Part shown: positions 26,836-36,224 of the stretch, one piece after another
Numbering within the stretch: the stretch's first letter is position 1
Layout of the letters: the number at the start of each line of letters is the position of its first letter
Source: an uncultured virus (IMG/VR IMGVR_UViG_3300007511_000006)
Taxonomy: Duplodnaviria; Heunggongvirae; Uroviricota; Caudoviricetes
Virus record (IMG/VR): IMGVR_UViG_3300007511_000006
DNA: 63,905 nucleotides
Reading direction: 5' to 3' (one strand)
The notes under the pieces: model-generated
What the model was told of the DNA's origin: nothing
Database searches by the model: none
The model's input: only the letters and a program-made list of their open reading frames with translations
Made by a program: the position numbers and the translations under genes

Positions 26836-28203
26836 TTAGTAACCTTGTGTAATTTCGTCTGCCCATTCTTCTACTAGATCTGCTTCATCTTTAAATGACT
26901 TGCTTTCTACTGCGTGAGTATATCTTACACGTTGAGTATATTCTTCATCTTCGTTAATACGGCCCAAGTCGCTTACATATTTCTTTGCTAGTTGTACTGC
27001 TAATGCACCTTCCTCTGATTCGGAAAGTTCTGCACCAACAAACTTATGTGCAAACTCTCTAACAATGTCATTGTCAACAATACGATTGCTGATATCTTCT
27101 AGAGCAGTGCTCACTAAACTTCTTACATCATCGTGCTGAACTGAACGAGCAAATTGATCTGTATCAACTGAACTCTCTAATACTAGATCACCGCTTTCAA
27201 TAAACTCTCTGATTTGGTTTAGTTTGTTTGCTTTATTTTCCATAGCAGTTTTGTAAATGCTATTAATTAATGGTAGGGACTCAAATACGCTTTCATCAAA
27301 CTTCTTAACTGTAAAGAAGTCTTTCATTTCATCTAAGTTTTCTTCGGATAGTGTTTCTTCTTGTGCTTCAAAACTTTCTGCAAATGAGGTGTATCCACGT
27401 GCTGTTGAGATACGTGCTAAACTGCTCCTAATACCATTGTAAGCATCACGTACACTTTCTACAATGTCTGCTGTATCTTCATTTACTAAGCTATTGCGTC
27501 TGCTGTATGCTACAAAGTTCTTTAATTGGCCTAATTGGTTAACATTGTTAACAATGTGTGTGCCAATGTCATCATGCAAGTTGCCACCTTCACTAATGTG
27601 CCTTGCAACTGCTCTTGCACCTAGTAAGTTAGTAAATGGAAGTAGTGTTCTTTCACCGCTTGTAGTTTCAACAAAAATTTTGCTAATATTTCTACTGCGT
27701 GATCCTCTAACTTCTTCATCTACTGGGCGTCTATGTCTGACAATAATTCTTGCAGTCTCACCTAAATCTTGGTAACTACTTTTAATGCTACCATACATTT
27801 TTGACTCGTTCATATCACTATCCTTAAATTCTGCTTGCTGATTGCGTAAAAATTCAAAATCTTTTCTTTCCAAATTGGACTTATTAATATCTCTTACATC
27901 AAACGTCAACATTCTGCGTTTTGCAAATTGACGCATTTCTTTTAAAAAATTATACCATTGCTGTTTACTATCACCCAAACTTTCTACTAAATCATTACCA
28001 TAGTAAACTTTAAATTTGTCGTCTACTAAACTAATAGTAACTGTGCCAACGTCTGTACCATTGTCTTCAAATACAAAATCAAAGAAGCGGGCTTCTCTTG
28101 GCTCAAGTGTTTTCATTGCACTTGCATCACCAATTGTTAGTGTTGGATAAACTGATCTTAATTTATTAAAAAGATCTTCAGCAATTTTTTCAATATTTTC
28201 CAT
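26836..28203 (-). CDS. Late hypothetical protein, probably head-associated
   Basis: 455 aa, TAAATA-N6-ATG, follows the terminase. Confidence 0.65.
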   Translation of the reverse strand: MENIEKIAEDLFNKLRSVYPTLTIGDASAMKTLEPREARFFDFVFEDNGTDVGTVTISLVDDKFKVYYGNDLVESLGDSKQQWYNFLKEMRQFAKRRMLTFDVRDINKSNLERKDFEFLRNQQAEFKDSDMNESKMYGSIKSSYQDLGETARIIVRHRRPVDEEVRGSRSRNISKIFVETTSGERTLLPFTNLLGARAVARHISEGGNLHDDIGTHIVNNVNQLGQLKNFVAYSRRNSLVNEDTADIVESVRDAYNGIRSSLARISTARGYTSFAESFEAQEETLSEENLDEMKDFFTVKKFDESVFESLPLINSIYKTAMENKANKLNQIREFIESGDLVLESSVDTDQFARSVQHDDVRSLVSTALEDISNRIVDNDIVREFAHKFVGAELSESEEGALAVQLAKKYVSDLGRINEDEEYTQRVRYTHAVESKSFKDEADLVEEWADEITQGY

Positions 28204-28218
28204 TGTTAGTATTTATGC

Positions 28219-29802
28219 TTAAACCACAATAAACGGCATTGGCATATCTTGTTCAGAATCAATATCATCCTTTAATCTATCAAATAATCCAGTATCCCAT
28301 TGCCTTACTTCATAACTCATTCGAACTATCAACAATGTAGCAGATACTAAATCATCTGTTTCGCCGTCTTTTGCGGCATAACTTTGCCCTCTTGCTATAT
28401 ATGTTTTTAGTTCAGAGATTAAATTTTTACTTTTTATTTCAATTTTATCTGTTTCAATTAGGTTTTTTAATCTACTACATGCTAATAACTTTGATTTATG
28501 CGTAGTATTAAAACCTTTTCTAAATCTACGCGAATTGCCGTGCTTTTTAGTCTCAGATAAAAATATACCTTTAAACTGTTCTTCACCTAGATCATCTATA
28601 ACGACTAATGCCGCTTCGCCTAGTGTATTATTTTCTATACTAAACCATATTTGTGGTGTATCTAAATTCTTTGCACCTATTTCTTCTGCAATATAATATG
28701 TAATATCTCTTAATATTTTTATTTGTCCTTGTACTGGTGTTTTATTATGCATCCACTCTGCTACTTGTTTCATTGTAGGTATTTCAAATACCTGTATAGC
28801 GGCATTGTCTCCACCTGTGCCTAAACTTGGATCCAATGCTATTAAGTAATTGTGTCCTTTTTGTGGCTTGGTGTACCATTTAACTTGACCGTGTTTTTCC
28901 AATACATGTATTGGACGTAATGATGCCAATACGCGAGAGTCAATTAATGTCTCGTCGTTAATAACAAACTCGCAATCATGTTCGCGAGCAAAGCGTTCTG
29001 CACCAATGCGTCCTAGTTCTTCCTGTCGCCACTTCTCATCACGCTCTGGATGTTCGTTCCAATATGCTCTAAACGCAAAAAAGCCATTGCGTCCTACGTC
29101 TGTTTCATTACCGTAATCATCAATAGTTTTATTTGCGTCTCTCCAAATCATAGCAAACTGGTCTTCATCACTGTTTGGCGTTGAGGTAATAATAGCACCA
29201 CCGCCTGTTGCTAGTGTTGGAGATATGGACGTCCAGAATTCTTTCGCAATGCTAGGCTTTACAAACGCAAACTCGTCTAAGTATAGTAGTGAGATGGACA
29301 AACCACGTCCTGTGTTTTCTGTAGTAGTTGTGCTAACAATTCTACTACTGTTATCAAAGTCTATACTACCTTTATTATATGAATAAACACCCGGACGAAT
29401 AAAATCAGGAACGTCTTCATATGAATATCGTATGCGTTGCATAATCTCTTGTGAGCCAGCATACTTGTGCGCCGCAACAAGTATTGTGCTATCTGGAATA
29501 AACATAGCATGCCATAACAAATATCCTGCCGCGGTGGTAGTTTTACCAGTTTGCCTAGGCATTAGATTAACACTAAATCTATGTTTGTGATAACTGTCCA
29601 ACAAACGTGTTTGATATTCATACGCATGGTATTTTATTCTACCTCTGCGTGGATGTTGTATCCAAAAATAGTTCTCTAAAAAATAAGCAGGGCCGGTGTC
29701 AGGATCAGCACATTTTGCCAGTTCCAATAACTGTTCATCTGTGTATGATTCTCTAGTGTGTGCTTTTTTGACTAAATTGCCGTCAAGTGATTTATTGGAC
29801 AT
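28219..29802 (-). CDS. gp17: Terminase large subunit (gp17-like)
   Basis: PRQTGKTT, LYLDEFAF, ITSTPN, ALDPSLG, DDLV. Confidence 0.95.
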   Translation of the reverse strand: MSNKSLDGNLVKKAHTRESYTDEQLLELAKCADPDTGPAYFLENYFWIQHPRRGRIKYHAYEYQTRLLDSYHKHRFSVNLMPRQTGKTTTAAGYLLWHAMFIPDSTILVAAHKYAGSQEIMQRIRYSYEDVPDFIRPGVYSYNKGSIDFDNSSRIVSTTTTENTGRGLSISLLYLDEFAFVKPSIAKEFWTSISPTLATGGGAIITSTPNSDEDQFAMIWRDANKTIDDYGNETDVGRNGFFAFRAYWNEHPERDEKWRQEELGRIGAERFAREHDCEFVINDETLIDSRVLASLRPIHVLEKHGQVKWYTKPQKGHNYLIALDPSLGTGGDNAAIQVFEIPTMKQVAEWMHNKTPVQGQIKILRDITYYIAEEIGAKNLDTPQIWFSIENNTLGEAALVVIDDLGEEQFKGIFLSETKKHGNSRRFRKGFNTTHKSKLLACSRLKNLIETDKIEIKSKNLISELKTYIARGQSYAAKDGETDDLVSATLLIVRMSYEVRQWDTGLFDRLKDDIDSEQDMPMPFIVV

Positions 29803-29829
29803 AACTGTATTTAACAGTTTTTAAGGGGG

Positions 29830-29982
29830 TTATTTCTTTTTCTTTTTGTTATGCTGTGACCAAGCAATGGCGTATGCGGCGGGACAATCGTCATCCCCGC
29901 CGCACATCTTTTTCTTTAACTTCTTAACTTACTTCTCTCTACCTGGAGGTGCTTTTTCGAGAAGTAGTTCGGAAATACGCAC
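29830..29982 (-). pseudogene. 50-codon gene with an internal TAA
   Basis: MRISELLLEKAPPGREK*VKKLKKKMCGGDDDCPAAYAIAWSQHNKKKKK; GTG abuts the upstream stop; fills the gap exactly. Confidence 0.6.
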
Positions 29983-30879
29983 TTAGGCTACTACACCCCA
30001 GGTTTTTCCTTTACCGTCGTCTTTCTTTTCTGGTGCTTTTTTTGCCTCTTCAGGCTTTTTCCGTTTTCCTGCGGCTTCATCCAAACCTGCTAGTTGTCTA
30101 ATACGATTAACATCTTCTTCTACATTTGCTTTATATAATGCATCTTGTACAGCATCATCATTTAAAACATCTTCACCATAAGCATCTTTAATTGCAGCCC
30201 ACGCACCATCGTAATCGCCTGCCATATCGTGTACTACTTTTATTGCGGCTTTGATTGCATCTTCTTTCCAACCCGGTTTTACACCTTTAGTAGGAAACTC
30301 CATGTTATCTATTTCTTTACTTTTGGCCCATCCAGCGGGTGTTTCATGAACTTCTTCTACTTCTTCTTCTACCTCTTCTTTTTCTAAAGGTTTTCTAGCA
30401 CGGTGAGGAACTTCTTTCTTTGTGCGGTAATTGACTCTAATTGCCTCTTCAACTTCCTCAGCTTCTTCTTCACTTTCAGCAATAAACTCGTCATACGCAT
30501 TGCGTAATTTATTTTCTGCAGATTCCAATGCCATTGGATTGTCACCGCCTGCTACTGGAGGATAACTTTTCTTTACCCTATGCAAGTCGTCACCTACTTT
30601 AAAAACTTCTTCTGGTGAATGAACTGTTGCTTCTGGCTCATTATCCCAACTTTCGCCTTCTGTCATACCGCAACCACATGGTGAATCACCACAGTCTGGG
30701 CATGGAGCATCATACTCTTCTTCAGGACTTACATTTAATGCTACAGGATGAGATTGGCTCATGCCTGCTAAATTTAGCAACTCTGCTAGTTTGTTTGCAT
30801 CTGTAGTAGAAATTGATGTTGTTGCGTTATCACCGTTCTCTCCAGATGTTGTAATATTTAGGTTATATTTTGTTTCCAT
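29983..30879 (-). CDS. Acidic prohead-core-like protein
   Basis: Very Glu-rich, with LLNLAGM and IRQLAGL motifs like the scaffold C-terminus. Confidence 0.55.
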   Translation of the reverse strand: METKYNLNITTSGENGDNATTSISTTDANKLAELLNLAGMSQSHPVALNVSPEEEYDAPCPDCGDSPCGCGMTEGESWDNEPEATVHSPEEVFKVGDDLHRVKKSYPPVAGGDNPMALESAENKLRNAYDEFIAESEEEAEEVEEAIRVNYRTKKEVPHRARKPLEKEEVEEEVEEVHETPAGWAKSKEIDNMEFPTKGVKPGWKEDAIKAAIKVVHDMAGDYDGAWAAIKDAYGEDVLNDDAVQDALYKANVEEDVNRIRQLAGLDEAAGKRKKPEEAKKAPEKKDDGKGKTWGVVA

Positions 30880-30880
30880 T

Positions 30881-31483
30881 TTAATTAGTTCCTACTGGTG
30901 ATGTAGTACCCATCGGTGCTTTCAAAAATTCGTCCGGCTCGTGCTCAATTTCACTACTTGGATCTTTTGCAAAATTAACCATATCAAACAATCTACCTTT
31001 GCGTTTTTCATCTTCATCTGCAAGCATCTTATCTGTGTGTTCTTGTCCAGCAGGTAAGTCGCCTTCTGATTCTGGATAATCACTATCTAATAGTGATTCT
31101 GGTTTAGCATCTGGATCCTTTTCGTCTAGTTCCTTTTGGTCTTTGTCATTTTGAACTTCTTCTGGATGATCTGGACTACGAACAACAATATGACTTTCAG
31201 GAATTCCTAACATGCTATGAATATAATTTTGTAATACGTTGGGAGTAGTAGGATATTCTAATACAATATCTACAATATAAATTTCACCAGCTCCTAAATT
31301 ACCAAAATCCATTGGATGTTTTTGCATAATTGTTTTGTTTGCTTTAGATACGCTTTTAACGCCGTATCTATTCAAACATCCTTCTAGGCGATCTAAGTGT
31401 TCGTCTGTAATATCTACAGCAAACTTCAATCTAAAAGGATAATCTGTTTTTGCTTCTGTAATGTATTGTTTTAAACTTTTCAT
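30881..31483 (-). CDS. Late hypothetical protein
   Basis: 200 aa, N-terminus MKSLKQYITEA, TAAATA upstream. Confidence 0.65.
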   Translation of the reverse strand: MKSLKQYITEAKTDYPFRLKFAVDITDEHLDRLEGCLNRYGVKSVSKANKTIMQKHPMDFGNLGAGEIYIVDIVLEYPTTPNVLQNYIHSMLGIPESHIVVRSPDHPEEVQNDKDQKELDEKDPDAKPESLLDSDYPESEGDLPAGQEHTDKMLADEDEKRKGRLFDMVNFAKDPSSEIEHEPDEFLKAPMGTTSPVGTN

Positions 31484-31529
31484 AAGGGTACTCTTTTAAG
31501 TTTTATATTACTTATTTATTTAAATCACA

Positions 31530-32021
31530 CTATTTTTTATCTTTGCTGTCTTTATTTTGATCTAGGATTTGCTTAATTAGTTCGTTGCGATCTGCTACAA
31601 TAGTTGCTTCTGCTTCTATTTCTAGTCCGCCAACATCCCTTTCTTGTTGATCTACACGTTGCTTCTTAATTTGCAATTCAACCATACGCAATTTCTTATC
31701 AATTTTTGCGGCTTTAGCATCAATGGCGTTCTTCATCATAGTGCCTGCTACTTCAAATATCTTACCTGCGTATCGTGCTTCTACATTCATGCCCAAATCC
31801 ATTAGATCATTAAATGTTGTTATGGACTTTTCAGCAATGTTGTCCATTTCTTTATCATTAGATTCTAAATCTCTAACTAGTGGTAATGCACTATCAATTT
31901 TATCTACATCGCTTAATACTGACTGTAGTTTTGTTGCTTCTTCGGGTTTAAAGTCCGAGGGCTTCTCTTCTTCTTGCTCTGATTGTGCTAAATCAAAAAG
32001 TTCTTCTAGTTTTTTTGTCAT
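31530..32021 (-). CDS. Possible terminase small subunit (gp16-like)
   Basis: Helical/coiled-coil 163 aa, late TAAATA-N5-ATG, upstream of the large terminase. Confidence 0.4.
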   Translation of the reverse strand: MTKKLEELFDLAQSEQEEEKPSDFKPEEATKLQSVLSDVDKIDSALPLVRDLESNDKEMDNIAEKSITTFNDLMDLGMNVEARYAGKIFEVAGTMMKNAIDAKAAKIDKKLRMVELQIKKQRVDQQERDVGGLEIEAEATIVADRNELIKQILDQNKDSKDKK

Positions 32022-32025
32022 AACG

Positions 32026-32979
32026 TTATTTAATCACTCCGCATACTTCTAAACATGTCTTTCGATACAATCCTTGGGAAAATTCTTTTGCTATGTTTAA
32101 AGTTTCAATATCATAAACTTCTTTTCTTTCATCTTCCCAAAAACAGCAAGGATGAATTACGCCATCTGCGCTTATAAAAAGTTGATAATGCTCATCATCG
32201 TCAGAGCACTGTAAATGATCACAAACATTTGGATCGACATAATTATTGGAAATAATCTTATCTAAATAGGCTTTTTTATCTACTTCATTTGAAATTGCTG
32301 TGTTTTCGAATACTTGAGTCTTTACTGAGTCATATGAATTATTATCTTCATCAGGAAACTCTAATAAATATCTTTCATTAGTTTTCCAATGAAATGCCTC
32401 TGGCACATAGGGCAATTCTGTATAAAATTCTGAAAACCCTAATTTATGAGACAATTCCCTTGCCTCTTCAACTTGGTGCTGGTTATGTTTAAACGTTAAA
32501 AATTTCCACACCGCGTGGCCGCCGGCGTCGATATATGCCTTTGCATTATCTATTATTTTATTAAAATTTGTGCCTTGTCTATAGATATGATTTGTATCCT
32601 CTAGTCCATCAATTGAGAAAGTAACTTCAAGTTGATTGCTTTTATAACTTCCTAAATCGGCCCACCAAGTCGTAGATCTTAAACTACCGCTTGTGTGCAT
32701 TGAAACAAAAAATTCTCTGTTATCGAATGATACCAATCTTAAAAGATCTTTAAGATGCTTATAGGCTGCAGGGTCTCCTCGATTTCCACATAAATGAATA
32801 TTTTTTAATATATTACATTTATTAACAAAATCAATAAAAAAATCTAGATCAAGATCAATTAATTCAAAATTGTCTTTAAGTCCATATCCATTATTATTGC
32901 GCGGACATCCTGGGCAACTAGCATTACATTTGGTTGTTGGCTCTACATGAACAATTGTTATTTTATTCCATATTTCCAT
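32026..32979 (-). CDS. Radical SAM protein with C-terminal Twitch/SPASM-like cysteines
   Basis: CNASCPGC, CGNRGDP, FSIDG, HPCCF...CLEVCG. Confidence 0.85.
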   Translation of the reverse strand: MEIWNKITIVHVEPTTKCNASCPGCPRNNNGYGLKDNFELIDLDLDFFIDFVNKCNILKNIHLCGNRGDPAAYKHLKDLLRLVSFDNREFFVSMHTSGSLRSTTWWADLGSYKSNQLEVTFSIDGLEDTNHIYRQGTNFNKIIDNAKAYIDAGGHAVWKFLTFKHNQHQVEEARELSHKLGFSEFYTELPYVPEAFHWKTNERYLLEFPDEDNNSYDSVKTQVFENTAISNEVDKKAYLDKIISNNYVDPNVCDHLQCSDDDEHYQLFISADGVIHPCCFWEDERKEVYDIETLNIAKEFSQGLYRKTCLEVCGVIK

Positions 32980-33766
32980 ATAATTTTCTTAAATTTTGTG
33001 CCAATTTAATGCTATGTTTTTGTAATCGTTCGATATCAAAATTTATAGTAGTAAAATAGTCATTTAATATTGGTATTATATATTTAACATAAAAATCAAT
33101 TTGAAACGCACTGTTGGGTGACATATATCTTGCATCTTTATCAAATACGTCTAATTCAAACTCTTCACTTTCTTTATAAATTTCATATATTGGTTTTGGC
33201 GTTATAAACTTATTCCAATTTATATTATAATATAAATGCTGTAATTCAGGTGTCTCTTTTATAAAATCAAAATTAAAAGCATAGCCAAAGAAAAAATAAT
33301 ATGGAATTCCATGCAACTCACACAATGTTTGTATATCTAATATTTGCTCTAGATCTTTCATGTGCTCATATATATTAGATTTAAAAACATCGTTGTAAAC
33401 TTCTTTAATTACGTTATCATCACTGCTACTGCTCGCCCAAAAACCTCTTCCATCGACGACATTAGCATCCATATCGACAATAAAATTTCGTAAATTAAAG
33501 TCTTTTATTTGAGAAAGTATTTCTTCGTTCTCTACAAATAAATCAAGTTTACCAATACTAGTCCATTGTATAATAACTGCTTCAACATCTAAGTTTTCTA
33601 ATATATGTTTTTTGCAAGTGCGGCCAATATACTCATTGCCCACTGCTGGGCCGCCAATAGAAATGTGTTTTAATTTGTGCGTAAGTGTGGGAAAGTGTAC
33701 CCAAATTGGATAATGTTTAAAGTCTCGCTGGCTAATACCACAGCCGGCTGTGATTAATTTACTCAT
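32963..33766 (-). CDS. Hypothetical protein, SGNH-hydrolase-like fold
   Basis: LITAGCG, VGNEYI, VIIQWT pattern. Confidence 0.45.
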   Translation of the reverse strand: MSKLITAGCGISQRDFKHYPIWVHFPTLTHKLKHISIGGPAVGNEYIGRTCKKHILENLDVEAVIIQWTSIGKLDLFVENEEILSQIKDFNLRNFIVDMDANVVDGRGFWASSSSDDNVIKEVYNDVFKSNIYEHMKDLEQILDIQTLCELHGIPYYFFFGYAFNFDFIKETPELQHLYYNINWNKFITPKPIYEIYKESEEFELDVFDKDARYMSPNSAFQIDFYVKYIIPILNDYFTTINFDIERLQKHSIKLAQNLRKLYGNME

Positions 33767-34650
33767 TTTATTTTATTATATTCTTTCCTTGTAATAACAT
33801 TTCCGAGTGCATAATGATCATATTCAATCTCTTGCGAATTACTGCTACATGCTCTACATGCTACTGGATCTGGTTTATATATATTTCCTATAAACTTATC
33901 TAAATCGCTATTATAGTCTAATCCAGTATTTAAGTATGGTGCCCATTGTTCTTCGTTCTCTTTACCAAAAACTCTTAATGTATCTTCTAGGTTAGCAATT
34001 GCAGGGCATTTATATAATTTATTTTTATATATTGTTGGAGAATTTGGTGATCCACATACTCTATGTGCTCCTATATAATTGTCGTTATTTGCTGGATATA
34101 TATTCGCACCTTCTCCCATGAACGGACGCCTAAATTCTCCAAACAAGTTCATATGCCATTTAATATTAGTATTCTTATCAATTAATTTAATAAGTTTATC
34201 AGGCGGATCAAACGGTATGCCATCTATTTTCCAATCAGTTTGACTTAAAAAGAATTTAATACTATCTATATATTTCTCAGGAGGAGGGCGATAGTGTAAA
34301 CTAGTTTGTATTAATACATTATTAACTTCTTTACACCATTGGTATAACGCCGGACGAGACTTATAATGGAATCCATTGGTAATAAACTTAATACGAGATT
34401 TTGGAAAGTACTCCCTTACGCCATATAACCATTGTTGGAAATCTTTGTTTAGTAGTGGTTCACCTCCCATTAGATTGATTTCTTTTGGTTTAATGCGTAG
34501 ACTCCACTCCCTTAACCATTGTTCGCCCTCCTTCCAAGAAACATGTCCTTTACGATCATAATTAGACAACGTAATACAACCCTTGCAAGATAAACTACAT
34601 GCATACTGTACCATTATATCAATATAATTTAGATCATATTTTTTCATCAT
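33763..34650 (-). CDS. Radical SAM protein
   Basis: CSLSCKGC, MGGEPLL, ITNG, LYKCP, ACRAC. Confidence 0.85.
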   Translation of the reverse strand: MMKKYDLNYIDIMVQYACSLSCKGCITLSNYDRKGHVSWKEGEQWLREWSLRIKPKEINLMGGEPLLNKDFQQWLYGVREYFPKSRIKFITNGFHYKSRPALYQWCKEVNNVLIQTSLHYRPPPEKYIDSIKFFLSQTDWKIDGIPFDPPDKLIKLIDKNTNIKWHMNLFGEFRRPFMGEGANIYPANNDNYIGAHRVCGSPNSPTIYKNKLYKCPAIANLEDTLRVFGKENEEQWAPYLNTGLDYNSDLDKFIGNIYKPDPVACRACSSNSQEIEYDHYALGNVITRKEYNKIK

Positions 34651-35362
34651 TTTGTATTTTTTCTTGTAATTCTATTTGCATTTTTTCTGTAATAGTAATG
34701 TCTAAGTATTTTCCAATTTGTTCTAAACTATTAATAATATTTTCATATTCAATACACAAGTTGTTATCTTTTTTCTTATGCTTTGTTTGTAAATCATTAT
34801 TCCAATCATTTTCAAGTTGTTCTCTATTCTCATCAGTTAGTTCTTTTCCTTGAGATGCTAGAAGTATGTCAATTGTGTTCATTGAAAAGTGTGTATTAAC
34901 AAACCAATCTCTATTGCCTACATCCTTTTCCAATTGCTGAAGCATACCAAAGAATTCCAACTGAGTAGGTTGGGGCTGCATCCAAACTTTATCTTTAATA
35001 TTACACAAAACTCTTTTGTGGCCTTCTTCTGTTCTCGGATATAAAATGTTTACAAACTTATAATTCTTAAAATATTGTCCTACGGCATCTTCCCTGTAAT
35101 GTGTAGGAACTACAACATACTTGCTGTCATCTATTCCAGTCAAATCGCCATTATCACCGTAATCATTAAAACAACGATCAATACTAAAATCCATTCTAAG
35201 CATATGCTGATTAAAAATGTCATGTACTTTTGTACGATTGCCAACTTTTCGTCGCACTAATGTATTACATTCTTCTGCTTTGCTTATAATGTATGATAAA
35301 AATTCGCCGCCGCCGCCGTGTGGATAGCAGACAAAAATATATTTAAAACTATTGAAGGACAC
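34634..35362 (-). CDS. Hypothetical protein, sulfotransferase-like P-loop fold
   Basis: YPHGGGGEFL at the N-terminus, PTH, IEYENI near the C-terminus. Confidence 0.4.
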   Translation of the reverse strand: MSFNSFKYIFVCYPHGGGGEFLSYIISKAEECNTLVRRKVGNRTKVHDIFNQHMLRMDFSIDRCFNDYGDNGDLTGIDDSKYVVVPTHYREDAVGQYFKNYKFVNILYPRTEEGHKRVLCNIKDKVWMQPQPTQLEFFGMLQQLEKDVGNRDWFVNTHFSMNTIDILLASQGKELTDENREQLENDWNNDLQTKHKKKDNNLCIEYENIINSLEQIGKYLDITITEKMQIELQEKIQNDEKI

Positions 35363-35373
35363 ACTATTACTTA

Positions 35374-35808
35374 TTAGCGTTTGCGGCCTTGATGAAAAAT
35401 ATCATCCTCTGTTACGATACGAAATTGTATGCCTTGTCGTTGACACCATTTATAGGCTGCTTCCCATTTTGCATGGTTAACTGCGACACTTGCTTGATTA
35501 TATTTACTACGGCCGGCGCGTTCTTTCAATGTTTGGCTTTTGGGTTTTATTTCTATTAATTCTGCGCGTCTTCCGCTTTTGCCTTCGTATATGATTAAAA
35601 AATCTGGAACATAAACAGTTTGTCTGCCTGTTAAAGGATTACGATATGGAATCTTCATTGGTTCGCTTGCCCATTCAGTTACTGACGGGTGGTTGTCACA
35701 GAATTTCATAAAGGCAAACTCCCAACCACTTCTATAAGTTGGTGAACCTTTTCCTACATATTTTTTATTATTTTTGGGAATGAATTTCCCTTGGGCATAT
35801 TTTGCCAT
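35374..35808 (-). CDS. Head-completion nuclease (T4 gp4-like, TnsA-like)
   Basis: KYVG, YRSGWE, WASE, YVPDF, IEIKP, KWEAA. Confidence 0.85.
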   Translation of the reverse strand: MAKYAQGKFIPKNNKKYVGKGSPTYRSGWEFAFMKFCDNHPSVTEWASEPMKIPYRNPLTGRQTVYVPDFLIIYEGKSGRRAELIEIKPKSQTLKERAGRSKYNQASVAVNHAKWEAAYKWCQRQGIQFRIVTEDDIFHQGRKR

Positions 35809-35811
35809 AAT

Positions 35812-36219
35812 TTAAGCCAGTATTGTTCTTTTTACTGTACTATTTATTGAGCCATCTTTTTTAAAACCTAACACACTTGTTCTATTTCTTGTAGTATTAC
35901 ATAATATGCATAGAAGAGTATTTAATTTTATAGAATCTTTTACTTCTTCAAGTTGATTTATTAAATCTACTATATTTACATCCTGTTCTACAGCGATTTC
36001 CATTAATGTAATTGATAAATTTCTTTGAACAGATTCTTCATAACCTCTTCCCTTTAAAAAACCGATAACAATATCATATTGGGCCGGATCAACTGATTGA
36101 ACTTTTGTATAATAATTATTAAAGAACTTTTGCCTTTTGTCGTCAACACTTAATTTGCCTGAACTAGTTTCATTTATAGGTTGTGCTGTATTTTTATAAT
36201 AATTTGTATAATTAGGCAT
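35812..36219 (-). CDS. Hypothetical virion-module protein
   Basis: 135 aa within the tail operon. Confidence 0.6.
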   Translation of the reverse strand: MPNYTNYYKNTAQPINETSSGKLSVDDKRQKFFNNYYTKVQSVDPAQYDIVIGFLKGRGYEESVQRNLSITLMEIAVEQDVNIVDLINQLEEVKDSIKLNTLLCILCNTTRNRTSVLGFKKDGSINSTVKRTILA

Positions 36220-36224
36220 TGTTA

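Noticed and set aside
3715..29802. Inteins or introns in helicase, UvsW, UvsX or terminase
   Set aside because: All have normal lengths and continuous motifs
29929..29931. Genome-wide stop-codon reassignment
   Set aside because: TAA, TAG and TGA all end intact conserved genes and coding density is already high in the standard code; only one internal stop seen
35374..35808. TnsA-like nuclease as evidence of a Tn7 transposon
   Set aside because: Matches the T4 gp4 head-completion family in a virion operon; no tnsB/tnsC or terminal repeats
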